From contig CM120643.1 of NCBI GenBank assembly GCA_051362555.1, positions 29,950,848-30,014,847 on the forward strand: a DNA stretch of 64,000 nt. The letters run 5' to 3'. Under the pieces are notes generated by a model. That model saw only the letters and a program-made list of their open reading frames with translations, ran no database searches and had not been told where the DNA came from. Both the position numbers and the translations under genes were made by a program. Positions 39,263 to 54,876 of the stretch are shown here, one piece after another. Numbering within the stretch: position 1 is the first letter of the stretch; every line of letters begins with the position of its first letter. Origin of the DNA: Lingula anatina. Its lineage: Eukaryota > Animalia > Brachiopoda.

Positions 39263-40135
39263 CTTCTGTATAGAAAGCTCCCAGTAGAAGAGAACTGTTT
39301 AACGTCAGGAATGAAGAAGGTGCTTCTACAAGGGTTGTCACTAGGTCTCTTGTAAACCTGGAACCTGTGTTTGTGGTTCAAGGGGTATAGTTTGTTCTGC
39401 CAAAGTATTGTTCTATGACTGTGATGTTCTTTATGTCATACTAGTATGTATGTTTTAAGATAATGGAAGATACTGCATGCAGATCTTTGTAAAATAACTT
39501 TTACTGGTGCAGATAGTCTGGAAAACTGCACTGTTTACTACTTGCTTACAAATTCTGGCTAGGGAAATACCCGGGTGTTAAGATAATTTATTAGATATAT
39601 ATACCCACGTTTATCATATGTGATATAATGTCCCCAAAAGAGAATCTTGTGGCAGAGGAGTCAGAGGTGAGCAGAGGCCACACTTGATGAGATGTGCTGT
39701 ACTTGGTAATATTTTACACTTGGATCATAGGTTCATTTAAGAATAAGTAGGAAGTAAAACAGCTTTGAAATTGCAAAACAGCACTTCAGTGAATTGTTAA
39801 AATTCAAATTTAAAGAAATAATATTTTGCTGGTCAAGATTAACACATATCTGTACGTCATATTTGAGGAAATAAAATGTTATATACCTATGGCGACGTTC
39901 TTTAACTTTGACTAGAAAAAAACGGTTTTACATGCAGGTGGCATGAAGTTGGCTAATTAACCATGTAAACCTAAGGTATAAGAAAACTTCTCAAATTTAT
40001 AGTGAATTCAAAATTAAAATCAAGATAAACACATACTTGTAAGTCATATCTGAGGAAATGAAATGTTAGATACCTCCGGCAACGTTCTCAAATTTATGGT
40101 GATGTTCCTTGGGATGTCGCAAGGCGTAGTAGTGT

Positions 40136-42708
40136 GGTGGGTGAGACTGCTCTACAATATTGTACACCTGAAACTTAGTGGGTGACACTGCTCTACAACA
40201 TTGTACACCTGAAACTTAGTGGATGACACTGCTCTACAACATTGTACACCTGAAACTTAGTGGGTGAGACTGCTCTACAACATTGTACACCTGAAACTTA
40301 GTGGGTGACACTGCTCTACAACATTGTACACCTGAAACTTAGTGGGTGACACTGCTCTAAAACATTGTACACCTGAAACTTAGTGGGTGACACTGCTCTA
40401 CAACATTGTACACCTGAAACTTAGTGACACCGCTCTACAACATTGTACACCTGAAACTTAGTGACACTGCTCTACAACATTGTACACCTGAAACTTAGTG
40501 GGTGACACTGCTCTACAACATTGTACACCTGAAACTTAGTGGGTGACACTGCTCTACAACATTGTACACCTGAAACTTAGTGGGTGACACTGCTCTACAA
40601 CATTGTACACCTGAAACTTACTGGGTGACACTGCTCTACAACATTGTACACCTGAAACTTAGTGGATGACACTGCTCTACAACATTGTACACCTGAAACT
40701 TAGTGGGTGACACTGCTCTACAACATTGTACACCTGAAACTTAGTGGGTGACACTGCTCTACAACATTGTACACCTGAAACTTACTGGGTGACACTGCTC
40801 TACAACTTTGTACACCTGAAACTTAGTGGATGACACTGCTCTACAACATTGTACACCTGAAACTTAGTGGATGACACTGCTCTACAACATTGTACACCTG
40901 AAACTTAGTGGGTGACACTGCTCTACAACATTGTACACCTGAAACTTAGTGGGTGACACTGCTCTACAACATTGTACACCTGAAACTTACTGGGTGACAC
41001 TGCTCTACAACTTTGTACACCTGAAACTTAGTGGATGACACTGCTCTACAACATTGTACACCTGAAACTTAGTGACACTGCTCTACAACATTGTACACCT
41101 GAAACTTAGTGGGTGACACTGCTCTACAACATTGTACACCTGAAACTTAGTGGGTGACACTGCTCTACAACATTGTACACCTGAAACTTACTGGGTGACA
41201 CTGCTCTACAACATTGTACACCTGAAACTTAGTGGATGACACTGCTCTACAACATTGTACACCTGAAACTTAGTGGGTGACACTGCTCTACAACATTGTA
41301 CACCTGAAACTTACTGGGTGACACTGCTCTACAACTTTGTACACCTGAAACTTAGTGGATGACACTGCTCTACAACATTGTACACCTGAAACTTAGTGAC
41401 ACTGCTCTACAACATTGTACACCTGAAACTTAGTGGGTGACACTGCTCTAAAACATTGTACACCTGAAACTTAGTGGGTGACACTGCTCTAAAACATTGT
41501 ACACCTGAAACTTAGTGGATGACACTGCTCTACAACATTGTACACCTGAAACTTAGTGACACCGCTCTACAACATTGTACACCTGAAACTTAGTGGGTGA
41601 CACTGCTCTACAACATTGTACACCTGAAACTTAGTGGGTGAGACTGCTCTACAACATTGTACACCTGAAACTTAGTGGGTGACACTGCTCTACACAACAT
41701 TGTACACCTGAAACTTAGTGGGTGACACTGCTCTACACAACATTGTACACCTGAAACTTAGTGGGTGAGACTGCTCTACACAACATTGTACACCTGAAAC
41801 TTAGTGGGTGACACTGCTCTACACAACATTGTACACCTGAAACTTAGTGGGTGACACTGCTCTACAACATTGTACACCTGTAACTTAGTGGGTGAGACTG
41901 CTCTACAACATTGTACACCTGAAACTTAGTGGGTGACACTGCCCTACAACATTGTACACCTGAAACTTACTGGGTGACACTGCTCTACAATATTGTACAC
42001 CTGAAACTTAGTGGGTGAGACTGCTCTACACAACATTGTACACCTGAAACTTAGTGGGTGAGACTGCTCTACAACATTGTACACCTGAAACTTAGTGGGT
42101 GAGACTGCTCTACAACATTGTACACCTGAAACTTAGTGGGTGACACTGCTCTACAACATTGTACACCTGAAACTTAGTGGGTGAGACTGCTCTACAACAT
42201 TGTACACCTGAAACTTAGTGGGTGAGACTGCTCTACACAACATTGTACATCTGAAACTTAGTGGGTGACACTGCTCTACAACATTGTACATCTGAAACTT
42301 AGTATGTGAGACTGCTCTACAACATTGTACACCTGAAACTTACTGGGTGACACTGCTCTACAACATTGTTCATCTGAAACTTAGTGGGTGAGACTGCTCT
42401 ACAACATTGTACACCTGAAACTTACTGGGTGACACTGCTCTACAACATTGTACATCTGAAACTTACTGGGTGACACTGCTCTACAACATCGTACACCTGA
42501 ATCTTACTGGGTGACACTGCTCTACAACATTGTACACCTGAAACCTAGTGGGTGAGACTGCTCTACAACATTGTACATCTGAAACTTAGTGGGTGAGACT
42601 GCTCTACAACATTGTAACCTGAAACTCACTGGGTGACACTGCTCTACAACGTTGTACACCTGAAACTTAGTATGTGAGACTGCTCTACAACATTGTACAC
42701 CTGAAACC
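40136..42708. repeat. 41-bp minisatellite (~60 copies)
   Basis: Unit agtgggtgacactgctctacaacattgtacacctgaaactt. Confidence 0.95.
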
Positions 42709-44076
42709 TTGTAGCTCTCCTCACACTGGACACATATGTGGTCAATATGTAATGTAAATATCTGGACCCTAAAAAATTCACAGTACCTGGTTTGGTCTCG
42801 TCTTCACTTCATTAGTCAAGAAAATGGCGTGGTATTGCGTTTTATATATGGATAGCCGCTTTTATTCCATGCGTTGTGTCAGATCTAATGTTCCTATCCA
42901 CTGTTTCCAGAGCCATGTATGATATTTTAGGTTTGAATCGGGAAATCAGGACTCTTTGCAAAATAAAAATATCATTTTGTGGCATTTCAACGTGGACAGG
43001 ATAATTTTTATCTCGATTTTTACCACTAACTGTGCGCCAACTTAGAATAACATAATGTTAATGAGTAAAACATGAATGAATTCAGTAGTAAGTCGTATGC
43101 TGTAATACAGGCGGATATTTTGGATTTTAATGGCGGTCGCTGTTCTTTGTGAAATAAGACTTTTCTAACAATGCAGTTCACATGTCCTAGCGTACCGGTA
43201 ACTATGTGATCTTGCTAACGGTGCTGAGTACAAAAACGTGCTAACGATTCTATAAGCACGAAGTTTGATTGCATGGTCATGGAGGGCCATACTGGATATC
43301 TCCACAGTCTTGCTGTACCACAGATATAACATCGTTGCAGCGCTAATGGAGGAGTAGTGCCCGAGGCAGAAACCATGCGATGAAGTGGGTTTTCATAAAC
43401 CATCACCAATAATGGCCGTGCAATCCCTCTGCACCATTTGGACCTGTTCCCCGGGTAACGATTAGTTTATCCTGTGCAGCTGCTCCGTCAACTATTACAC
43501 AACCTCTGTCTTCTAATATGAAAGATATCGTTACAGTAACTCGATTACTGTCAATTACCCTCAGTGCTGTCTCTTTATTGTAAAGGGACATTACGGAACT
43601 GTTGTCGCTAATGATTGGTTATTGTGTTTTTCCCTGCAGCAGGATGGGTGTTGAAACCACATTTTGACGCGCAGTAATCTGGTCTGTAAACAGTTAAGTG
43701 TGTGTTTATTGCTACAAAGAACTTCTTTGTGAAAACAGGGGATATTGATTGCAGTATTGTAACTAATATTGACAACCCATCATGCAAGACCAGCTAGGTC
43801 CATTAGTTGTTTGTGAGGCTTTTAAAACCTACATTGATCCAGATGCCACCCACTGCCTGGCAGAAGGGAGGGGTGGGAGTGGGTTCTTCTTGAGAAAATA
43901 AATCACGTTAATTACATGTTGGTTTTTATTAATTAAATTTAAAAGGTTTGGGGACTGTTTTTTTAGAACTCATTGATAAGTGCCGCAGCTTTCTGATAAC
44001 AACTACAACAAATTAACTGTTGTTTATGGTCGACATACCAGAAGGGGGACTATTGTCATACAGTGTCATGCAGTGA

Positions 44077-44248
44077 TGTGAGTTCAGGCAGACACTGTAT
44101 GACAACAGACTCAGTGCCGTCACACGTCGTGTGAGTTCAGGCAGTCACTGTATGACAACAGACTCAGTGCCGTCACACGTCGTGTGAGTTCAGGCAGTCA
44201 CTGTATGCATGACAACAGACTCAGTGCCGTCACACGTCGTGGAGTTCA
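44077..44248. repeat. ~52-bp repeat x3
   Basis: gtgagttcaggcagtcactgtatgacaacagactcagtgccgtcacacgtcgt. Confidence 0.85.
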
Positions 44249-45720
44249 CCTCAATGTTGCAGATGTCCTCAGCCGTATTCAAAAGGCTTCTTGATTGAAT
44301 ATGTTTTTTCCATTCGTTTCTTTGATCCTTATTTTCTCAATTTCTTTTCATGTAGGCCCCTACAGTAGTTTAAAACTTACATGAGATGTCGTTTATCTAT
44401 AATGAATCACATAGGTATTTAGATTGACGCAATTTGTTATTTTTAACACTTCGAAAACTTTCATATTATTCAATCTGTGAAAAAAAGACAAAAATATTTT
44501 TCTTCCTTCCTTCCAAAGCTAAAGGACCATCAAGTGCTATGTAATCCATTGAAATGAACATCTCAAGCTGATGCGAGGCCCAGTCTCTCTCCTACTGATT
44601 CTACCATTGCTATTTTATTGTATGGAGATGACAAAAGATGAAATATGACAAAAGATGGAATATGTCCACTTCCTGAAATTAATTGGCATGGCTCCATGTG
44701 CAGGAAATGGTGATGTGACCAGCCAATGTTTTATAATTTTTATTGGATTTTCACTGAAAGGGACACATATTGGAGAGAGCTCCTCACTTCCTTGATTCAT
44801 GGATTGTAATGAAGAAAAATTGGTGAGCCTATTAGCGTCCCCAGAGAGCTGGCAATGCCTGTGAGGCAAGCCATCCTCGAGCTCAGGCATTGGCCATAGT
44901 CAGGATCTTGTACCTCGTCCCCGCTCTCCGAACGAAAAGGCTAAGTTCGAGCGCTCTGAATATTTCCTAGTGAATTAAATCTCTATGGGCCCGTATCAAG
45001 CATGCTTAGTGTTAATAAAGATTGTTCGATAATATGGTTTCAACTAACAAACTCCATTTTCTAGAGCAATACCCGCTTGTTCTCTAACGATCTGCCCGGC
45101 GTGCAGAAAATCCAAACACCTGTTACCAGCGCAAATAATAATCCGCGCACGCATCTTCGGGCTCATCAAGGCCGCTAGATAGTGGTTTATATATGATGTA
45201 CGCAGCAGCTCAGGGCCAATCTCACCACTACCGGGGACCGCTTAGAATTAGGTAATTAACCAGCGTTCTGTTTGGGGAGTTTCACGTGGTACTGGAGGCC
45301 TTTCCATGGCAGCCTCAAAGGTGTGATCAGCTGCCACTGGGGTCCAGATCACGTTACATAGTTCAGCTGTGGAAGTGTTGTCATTTTCCACGTGATTGCC
45401 AAGGAAACCAGGTCTCAGTACACGCCTGGAGCTCACTTTACTATCATGTGCCGCTGGCCTAACATTGCAAATATATAGAATTAATGACTGAATGTCGTTT
45501 CAGAATATCAGAAATATTTTTATCTATTTTATTCGTAGGTACTGTCGAACAGCTTTCCCAGCTTCTAGCCTGTGGCGCTCAGCCAATTGAATTGTCCTTA
45601 ATTCCAAACTGAAGCAGTCTCCAGTGATTCCCGGAAAGTAAACTGTCATATCATATCTAGCTGTTGACGAGGCCGCGTCATCTGCTGTAGTTTACCAGAT
45701 CACATCAAGGTAATATCAGC

Positions 45721-48048
45721 ATGGCAGCTAAGGGAGCAAAGAAAGATAAATACGACAACTTTATGCGTCAGTTCCGTGACCAGTCCACCAAAGGCTGGAA
45801 ACCGTTCACCGCTGGTCAGTTCATGGACGTATGGAGGCATTACGATGCCGACGGTAAGTGTACTAACTCTTGTTGTGTTGTAGTGCTACAGAATGGAGAG
45901 AACGGAGCTTCTTTCAGCACTGACTGACCCGCCTCATAAAGAGTACAGTCAAACATGAACGTGTGAGAGGACCTAATTTTGTTGATATGGTTGTGTTGAT
46001 ATAGTTTGCGTTTTAGAATGTTATGCTGGTATTAGTATGTCTTCAATGTTTTGCCATCTATACGTGTATGGTTATATGAAAGTATAACGTACTTTCTCTG
46101 ATATATAGGCCTATATGTCCACGACATTACTGGTAAATAGAGTCAGTGACTTCAGAAGGTCGCTCTTCGTGTGTATGATGGGTGTTAGTTTGGGCAAATA
46201 ACATATTTTACTGTATTTGATAAAGGAATTTTAGGCCACAATCACATATAGTTACCTATACATATGCACATTGTGTATTATAGAAGTATTACCAGATATA
46301 CAAAGATATATGGTATGCATGTCCTTATTTTACAAAACACGTAATATTTCTTTTCTTATTTTAAAATTGCGAAGTACATAATTAGCTGTATCCGAACTTT
46401 AATTCATGTTTCTGAAGGTAATTCACCTTATGGCGTATTCCTTGTGATTGTGTGACTAAACAGAGTCACTGGAGTGTATAATATATAGTATTAAGTCTAT
46501 GTGACAGTGTGACTAAACAGAGTCATTGGAGTGGGGGGGGGGGGTCACCCTCTGTATAATATATAGTATTAAGTCTATGTGACAGTGTGGCAATGTGAAA
46601 ATACCCGTCTTCCCATGACGTAAAGAGAGCCTCTTCAACATTATTGAACGTCCCCAGTATAACACTGGTACGTGTACTGTGGTATTGCAAACAAAAGATG
46701 ATATCGATTAAAATGCGCCTAGGATAACCCTTTTTTAAAATATGATATGATCTTTACAAATAATTGATACATTTTTCGTCGCATCATAATACAAAGCCTG
46801 TAGCATCAATTATGAAAACAAATAATGGCGGTGAAGTGTATAGATAGTACACAGGTTTATTGTTTAAACCTTTTAATAGGTGGGGACAAATTGTTCAAAT
46901 GGCATAGCGACGTGGAAAAATATTCGACTGAAAGGTCGTGTGATAAAAAAAACAGTTCATCAAAAAGCTGGGTTTTGTGTCCTCTGTAAACATTGCATAA
47001 CACACGTGTCTATTTGATCTCATTCTGTCATAGATCACTATTTGATACTGACATTATCATAGTTTTTGTTAAAATAGCTCGATGTCTCATACACTACACC
47101 AACTTGACTCGTTTGCAACGAAATCATGATTGTGTTCATGTTTTTATATGTCTTTATTTTACGGAATTCTTGGAACTGAAACAAGCCGTTTTAGGAGTGT
47201 CTTCATGTCAGATACGTTTAACCTTAAACAAAGTGGTTATTTTTAAAACTTTTGCTACTTTTACCCGTGGCACGCCTGCGTGAATGAAAGCACCATACGG
47301 TCATAGCGGGTTATGAACAGTATTCTTGGAGAATAGATGAAAAATATCGTTTGAACAGTGCAGACCCAGTTTAAAATGTAAACAATGTGACACATGACTC
47401 GTATATCGTTTATAGCGACACTGCCAGTGACAGTCACATTTGATATATGCCGTCAGACGGGGAGCAGTGATAGCGAATACGGAATGTGGATTTAGCTGAA
47501 TACAGTGATGTTTAGATTGCAGGTCGTGTGTGTGAAAAAGAGATTCGATGATGTCGTACTTGCTCATGTGAAATCATTGCGTTAATTCTCATGCTCGATA
47601 CTCCCGTGTTTAGTGAACATAAATCAGTTGAACGATGTGATGAACACGGTGACCACGGTGACACTGTGTGACTCCAGAGCTGTGTGACAATGTGTGACTC
47701 AAGAACTGCGTGACACCGTGTGACTCCAAAGCTGTGTGACACTGTGTGACTCCAGAGCTGTGTGACACTGTGTGACTCCAGAGCTGTGTGACACTGTGGG
47801 ACTCCAGAGCTGTGTGACACTGTGTGACTCCAGAGCTGTGTGACACTGTGTGACTCCAGAGCTGTGTGACACTGTGGGACTACTGTGGAAATAACAAGAC
47901 GCACATTGCTCTTTGCAGGACCAAAAGCAAGCAGTGTCGTTTTAGATTAAACTTTCCATTAGCTGTTACCTTCAATAGTATAGAGATCCACCTCTCCGTC
48001 CGTAAAACTGGCATCCCTTCTTATAGAAGTTAGTTCCACATAAAAAAA

Positions 48049-48101
<53 letters not shown>

Positions 48102-51100
48102 AGCAAAAGCATTGGATTTGTCACTTGTACTGCGGAGGCACCGGCAATTCGTTTTTGTGAAAGAAACCAACAACAGTTGCAAATATAAAAATTTTCAGGA
48201 AAAAATAAATAATCCATCTATCAAGTAGTTTAATGAAAATTAAAAAAATGTGTGATTAAAAATATCGACATTTATTTGTCACTTTTACAGCATGTTATTG
48301 TTATCATTTTTTCTTTTTTTTTAATGAATACTTAAATGATTTCTGTAAACCACGATTATTGATTGATGCTGTGCAAATTGACATAATGGCACTTGTTAGG
48401 TGCTTTTATTGATATCTCTTCCACACTAGCTGCAGCCTAACATGGGAGAGATGCACGCTCTCTCGCCTTATTTCACCCTGTATGTTTGCACATTACATTT
48501 TCAAAAAAGTTTTCTGAATACGAGAACACACTTGGGGCAGCCGTGCCACTATCAGCAGAACGCACTGTCCAAATGAAGAGATCGCTGCCAAAGATCATAT
48601 TTACTACACATAGGGACGTATTGCATTTTTCATGTAGAACGGATCCAGTTCTCCTTCCGAACTACAACAGTGGCACTCTGGAGAGTGAAATTGAAGGAAG
48701 GGAAAATAGGAAATGGGCATTTTACTCTTTAAGTATAATGTTATTGATAAGATAAATCGATACGGGATTCACGCGCTTAATGCGTCCACCAATACCATAA
48801 AGATGTTAATTTCTATTTGGAAAACACATGGTTCACGCCGCCATCGACTGCGTTAGAACTTTGCCTAAAATCGATACTCCATTTGTCAGTGGGATTAGCC
48901 TGGGCCAGCACAGGGACTGCCTTTCAGTGCCATGCCCTAACTTAGTTGATATTGACCGTCAATAGAAAATGAATTTATTGGCTTCCTCTGATCCAGTTAA
49001 TCTAACGTAATAATAACCTTAACGCTGTATCATTCCGTTTCTGTTATATTTATACAAGTGCGAAGTCAAGACTTCCAAATATAGAAAGTTTATTCGATGC
49101 TTCTCCATAGGAGAGTCCACTTTTTCAACAGCATTATTACAGAGTACGGGGACAATAAATTTGGCTTACTAACAGCATAGCCCCACAGCACGATAACTTA
49201 TTTTGATAAATTACCAACATAACGTGTGATTATTTAAATCAGCAAGTCAACAATTTAAGTGGCAATCTGACTTTTCTTGACGTTAGCCCTACTTATCTAA
49301 AATAAATTAAGCAAACTGATTTTTTATCTCAGCTCTAATAACCTTGAATAAATTGACATGTACAGTGCCCGATATAATTGATATCAACCATTTCGATCTG
49401 GGATAAAGTTGAATAAACTCTACTTGTGTTTCTCGAATTTCATCGATCCTTTTATCATTCGCGATGATTCCTCCATTTTATCATTTCTGTTCGTGACGCT
49501 ACAGGTGAGTACTAGGGGAAGCGTCTGTTCTTGAACAACCTGCAGGAATTAATGCAATATGAACCATCTCCTAGTTTGCTTACAGCAACTGCACGTTGAT
49601 TTATTGCGCCTCGTGGATTATTGTTAGGGGCCAGGAGTTGCTTATGATTAAATACCAGAACGCAATTAACGTAATCTATTTTTGTCTGACTGTATTGACC
49701 ACAGATATTGGGCACGTGCTGCATGCACGCCGTTTCTTATTTGTATCCATTTGTCGTCGCTTCATTATTTGACAACAAGTGGCAATTAACTGCTGATATG
49801 AAAAAATCTACATTTAAGTAGACAATTTCCATTGTTGCCACATCAGGTTCTGAATTCCACTGAACACTCCAGGGACACCGACAACTTACGAACCTAATTT
49901 TAGAATAGCATCCAATGTTTACACGCCTTTCTTCACAATTGACGAACCACCGAGGCATTGTGGAAGGGACTGTATATGTAAAAACACATTCTTAGATTTT
50001 GTTCCTCCTAGTGTTTCTTATATAGACATTTGGTCTGGGAGATATCTCTTTATCTAAGATAGATATTTGGTCTTGTAGATATATTTATTGTTGAAAGGAT
50101 CTGAAGACGACATGGTAGGAATGACGTGACTTGCCTTAAGGTTTTCTACGCAGTTACTGAGCTGGCCTAGCACGTGACTATATAAGTCGTCTAACCAGCC
50201 CTGTCTTATAGACCTAGCTGTCTCATAGACCTAGCTGTCTCATAAAACTTTGATCTTGTCGAATACACGCCTAGTTCCCCGGATCACTGTACTGTGTGTG
50301 TTACATGTGGCGTCGACCGTACCGCCTGCTACCACGCCTAGTTCCCCGGATCACTGTACTGTGTGTGTTATATGTGGCGTCGACCGTACCGCCTGCTACC
50401 ACGCCTAGTTCCCCGGATCACTGTACTGTGTGTGTTATATGTGGCGTCGACCGTACCGCCTGCCACCACGCCTAGTTCCCCGGATCACTGTACTGTGTGT
50501 GTTACATGTGGCGTCGACCGTACCGCCTGCTACCACGCCTAGCTCCCCGGATCACTGTACTGTGTGTGTTATATGTGGCGTCGACCGTACCGCCTGCTAC
50601 CACGCCTAGCTCCCCGGATCACTGTACTGTGTGTGTTATATGTGGCGTCGACCGTACCACCTGCTACCACGCCTAGTTCCCCGGATCACTGTACTGTGTG
50701 TTAATTGTGGCGTCGACCGTACCGCCTATTACCACGCCTAGTTCCCCGGATCACTGTACTGTGTGTGTTATATGTGGCGTCGACCATACCACCTTCTACC
50801 ACGCCTAGTTCCCCGGATCACTGTATTGTGTGTTTTATATGTGGCGTCGACCGTACCACCTGCTACCACGCCTAGCTCCCCGGATCACTGTACTGTGTGT
50901 GCTTTATGTGGTGTCGATCGTACCACCTGCTACCATGCCTAGCTCCCCGGATCACTGTACTGTGTGTTAATTGTGGCGTCGACCGTACCACCTGCCACCA
51001 CGCCTAGCTCTCCGGATCACTGTACTGTGTGTGTTATATGTGGCGTCGACCGTACCGCCTGCTACCACGCCTAGCTCCCCGGATCACTGTACTGTGTGCG

Positions 51101-54100
51101 TTATATGTGGCGTCGACCGTACCGCCTGCTACCACGCCTAGCTCCCCGGATCACTGTACTGTGTGTGTTATATGTGGCGTCGACCGTACCGCCTGCTACC
51201 ACGCCTAGCTCCCCGGATCACTGTACCTTTACTAAACATTCACCTTTGAGTTGGGCAGTCGGTTTATATTGCAGTCTATGCATTTTCTTTACATATGAGT
51301 GTACAGAACATAATAATGTTGATTTAATGCTGATTTAAAGAAAACTTCAACTGTTCGTTTTAGAAGAAACCGAATAGTGGTTGATAACTGTACCATTGAC
51401 GGTGTACGGTACTCGGGAAACATGCAGGAGTGCATATCTTATATACATACGGAAAAGTTATTTCCAATGTCAGATCCTAAGCGTATTTTTTGTGCATAGT
51501 GGAACATTGGGTTGTGAAAACTGATCTAACAGAAATGTATAAAACAGTACTCAGGCAGACAATGAGTATGGGTACCAAGTACTTGATATCATCGCAGACT
51601 TTCTAAATTAAATGACTTACCCATAGATTGAACCATCCTAAACCAACTACACGTGTCAGTTCAACGGGCCCCATGAATCATTACATTTATGTTTTACCTA
51701 AACGTAGGACTTGCCGATAAAGAAAAAATTATTATACTGTACGACTTATACACTTTTCAACTAACTGTAAGCATTAAAATAATGACGAACACGGTTTTGT
51801 TTTAATATTCTATTAAGTTGAAACGTTAATTTCAAGCGTTTAGATCTAACTTCTTTCTAACACCGCCAGCACATTGAGGTATAGAGTTGTAATGCAATGC
51901 AAAAAATGAACTGCGATGAAATGCTTTTCTGACGTTTTTTTTTCTGATTGACGTCAACGTGTTTGTTGTTTTGAGATTGCCGTGTTCTTGGACGCCTGAG
52001 ATTGTCAATTCTCCCCAGGGTGGGTTCACTTCTGCGGGGTTCAATCAGTTTGTAATTGAGTTTGAATTATATTGCCATGATACATGTAGCAGATTCCTCA
52101 AGAATAACAAAAACAATTTATTCACAACGGCAGATTGGAATTATGCGTGTCATATTTTAGGTATGATACTGCTTGCTATTCATACCTTTTTTACCAACAG
52201 TTTCGTATCCTAATTAAAACCCGATATATACATAGCGTTCTATGTTAAAATATCGATTTCTTGCTACATTACGGAGAAAAGAAATTACCCTGGCTCACGC
52301 TATGCCTTGTTTTGAAAGGGAAAATATTAAAATCTCATTTATTGTTACTTGCCAATATACACATATTGATTAATATACGCTGTTAGTACGTGTATTGTTT
52401 ATTAAATCTGGAAGTCAGCAGCAGTTGCCAAATATGTTACAAAACGATTTTTATCAGTTTCAAATTAATTTTGATTGGTTTGTGGACCATTTACGTCACA
52501 AAGCAATCACCCCGGTTGCTTATTTCATTATTGTTCGTTATTACAGACGCCAGTGTGAATAAACACATTGCCGTATTTATCTATCCTTCACTAAATGTCT
52601 AGCAGAGTCCAAGAAGCACGTTTAATCTTAAAAGAAGCCTCTGAACCTCACAAACCTCGAGCGTAAGACCGACTGGAATGTTAGGGGCAAAGCAGAGTGC
52701 TACGTTGCCCCCTCCTTCCCCAGAAACCCTTCCTCGTCATCATTAAGAGACAGAAGCCTGGTTCAGGCACGTCACTCGAAGTGACAGTCTATGCAAATCC
52801 ATCATGCAAGGTACCGTTAAAGAGGACGAAGCCGCGGACGATAACACAATAGCTGGTCGGACAGGAGTGGACATTGATATAATACAGTTCTAAACACAGA
52901 GCACCAACAGACCAGCCTGTAGAAGAAGAATCACTTCTTCAGTCCTCAGGTCACTCCGATAATATAACAGTTAAGTAATGAATATAGCACAGCTCCTAAC
53001 GCAGAGCACCAACAGACCAGACTGGAGAAGAAGAACCACTTCTTCAGTCCTCAGGTCACTCCGATGATATAACAGTTAAGTAATGAATATAACAAAGCTC
53101 CTAATACAGAGCACCAACAGACCAGCCTGGAGAAGAAGAACTACCTCTTCAGTCCTCAGGTCACTCCGATAATATAACAGTTAAGTAATGAATATAGCAC
53201 AGCTCCTAACGCAGAGCACCAACAGACCAGCCTGGAGAAGAAGAACCACTTCTTCAGTCCTCAGGTCACTCCGATAATATAACAGTTAAGTAATGAATAT
53301 AGCACAGCTCCTAACGCAGAGCACCAACAGACCAGCCTGGAGAAGAAGAACCACTTCTTCAGTCCTCAGGTCACTCCGATAATATAACAGTTAAGTAATG
53401 AATATAGCACAGCTCCTAACGCAGAGCACCAACAGACCAGCCTGGAGAAGAAGAACCACTTCTTCAGTCCTCAGGTCACTCCGATAATATAACAGTTAAG
53501 ATAGTGATTGCTTGAACGATTGTTGAAATGCCCCCAAAAGTGTGTTTTATCATTTTAACTTTGTCGTTATATATCTTCACATTTAATGAAAATAAATAGT
53601 ATCGTGCTAGTTTTAGTTACACATTTCATTTGGCAAGACTGGCAACGTCATGTTTTACGTGTCTCCCGTATAACTGTTTAAATAAACTTACTTTGCCTAT
53701 ATATATGGTTTTTGTATCTCTTAGAGGCCATTCAGAATGAGAACAGCCGAGTGCTAGCTAGGCCACGACCTAAATATGGCGGACCTACGTGAAAGGAAGA
53801 CCGCTTAGTCCTGTAATGGTCTTTCCGCTTCTCACTCGCCTCCCCACACGTCGTCCCTGAGATTCAACCAGCCAAGGGACGACGCATGGGAGCCGTGTGA
53901 GAGGCGGAGAGACCATTATTGGATTAAGCGGTCTTCCTCTCATATAGGTCCGCCATATTTAGGTCGTGGCCTAGCTAACACTCGGCTCTTCTCATTCTGA
54001 ATGGTCCCTGAATAATGCACTCAGTGTCTGTTCTACTGGCGTCTGTTGAAACGTTTTTCTATTATGTCACTTCTGCTTTACCTGACTATATCTGTGGCAT

Positions 54101-54233
54101 GCAATGTGCGGTCGTCTCGGAATTTAATTGTCATCTTTATTTTCCAGGTAACGGCTTTATAGAAGGTAAGGAATTGGATGGCTTCCTCAGGGAGTTTGTC
54201 TCTAGTGTGGTCTCTACGGACGCTGGACCACAG
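45721..54233 (+). CDS. Calbindin-32/calretinin-like EF-hand protein (Cbp53E-like), exons 1-2; remainder beyond the Polinton or window
   Basis: join(45721-45853,54148-54233): MAAKGAKKDKYDNFMRQFRDQSTKGWKPFTAGQFMDVWRHYDADG|NGFIEGKELDGFLREFVSS...; canonical EF loop DADGNGFIEGKE across a phase-1 intron; closely resembles the Drosophila calbindin-32 N-terminus as recalled. Confidence 0.9.
47658..47880. repeat. 26-bp tandem repeat (~8 copies)
   Basis: tgtgacactgtgtgactccagagctg. Confidence 0.9.
48051..48099. repeat. (AT)n microsatellite
   Basis: Dinucleotide run. Confidence 0.95.
50266..51226. repeat. 67-bp CpG-rich minisatellite (~14 copies)
   Basis: cacgcctagttccccggatcactgtactgtgtgtgttatatgtggcgtcgaccgtaccgcctgctac. 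Confidence 0.95.
52876..53500. repeat. 105-bp tandem repeat (~6 copies)
   Basis: cagagcaccaacagaccagcctggagaagaagaaccacttcttcagtcctcaggtcactccgataatataacagttaag... Confidence 0.92.
53724..54008. mobile_element. Hairpin MITE (~285 bp), possibly PIF/Harbinger-derived
   Basis: Nearly the whole element is an inverted repeat (gaggccattcagaatgagaacagccgagtg ... cactcggctcttctcattctgaatggtccc); flanks TTA/TGA; similar end sequence gggccattcagaat at 24181. Confidence 0.8.
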
Positions 54234-54556
54234 GTAAGTTCCCTTTCACGATTTAATGATTAACGTTTAAAAGAAAGCACACTAACAATACAACATTTCC
54301 AGGCTATCTATGAGCCTGCCTGTTGTAACGTGACTAACCGAACAGCTCAAATCACGCGGTTCTTATTGAACAATACGGGTGAAGTGATGACGTAGAGGAA
54401 TCTAAACAATAAGACACATCGTGTACTGTATCCTGGGACTGTCACAACTAGACTAACCTAAGGTGCTTGTGCTATAGTAGCTTGCTTTCCTATCCCGTCT
54501 GTCCTTTAGAGTAGCCTAATGATTCTGTGTTATTCCTCCTGCACTCGTCCGGGTAG

Positions 54557-54568
54557 AAACGGAAACAG
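54557..54568 (+). CDS. Candidate 12-nt microexon (KRKQ) of the calbindin-like gene
   Basis: cctcctgcactcgtccgggtag|AAACGGAAACAG|gtaagt; phase 0-0, matching the exon-2 end. Confidence 0.5.
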
Positions 54569-54876
54569 GTAAGTTGACAAAATCCCGTAAGGTTAATGTT
54601 ATAACATCAACGATCGCATTTTACACATATAATTAGGTTTTATGACAAACAAACATCAGATGTTGATTTCCTTTGTCTATAAATTTGATTTAGAGCAAAA
54701 AGAAGAGTCGCATACCAGCAACTGATTTATAAAGAAAACATACAAACACTGTTGCCATACGCTAGCAGTGCTCATTTTTTGCATCTGTCTGTCCGCCTCA
54801 CCCTTTCCATCTTTCTCTGTCACTTTCTCTCTCTCCACCTCTCCTCTGCTGTGCTACAATATTCCTTTACCGATAG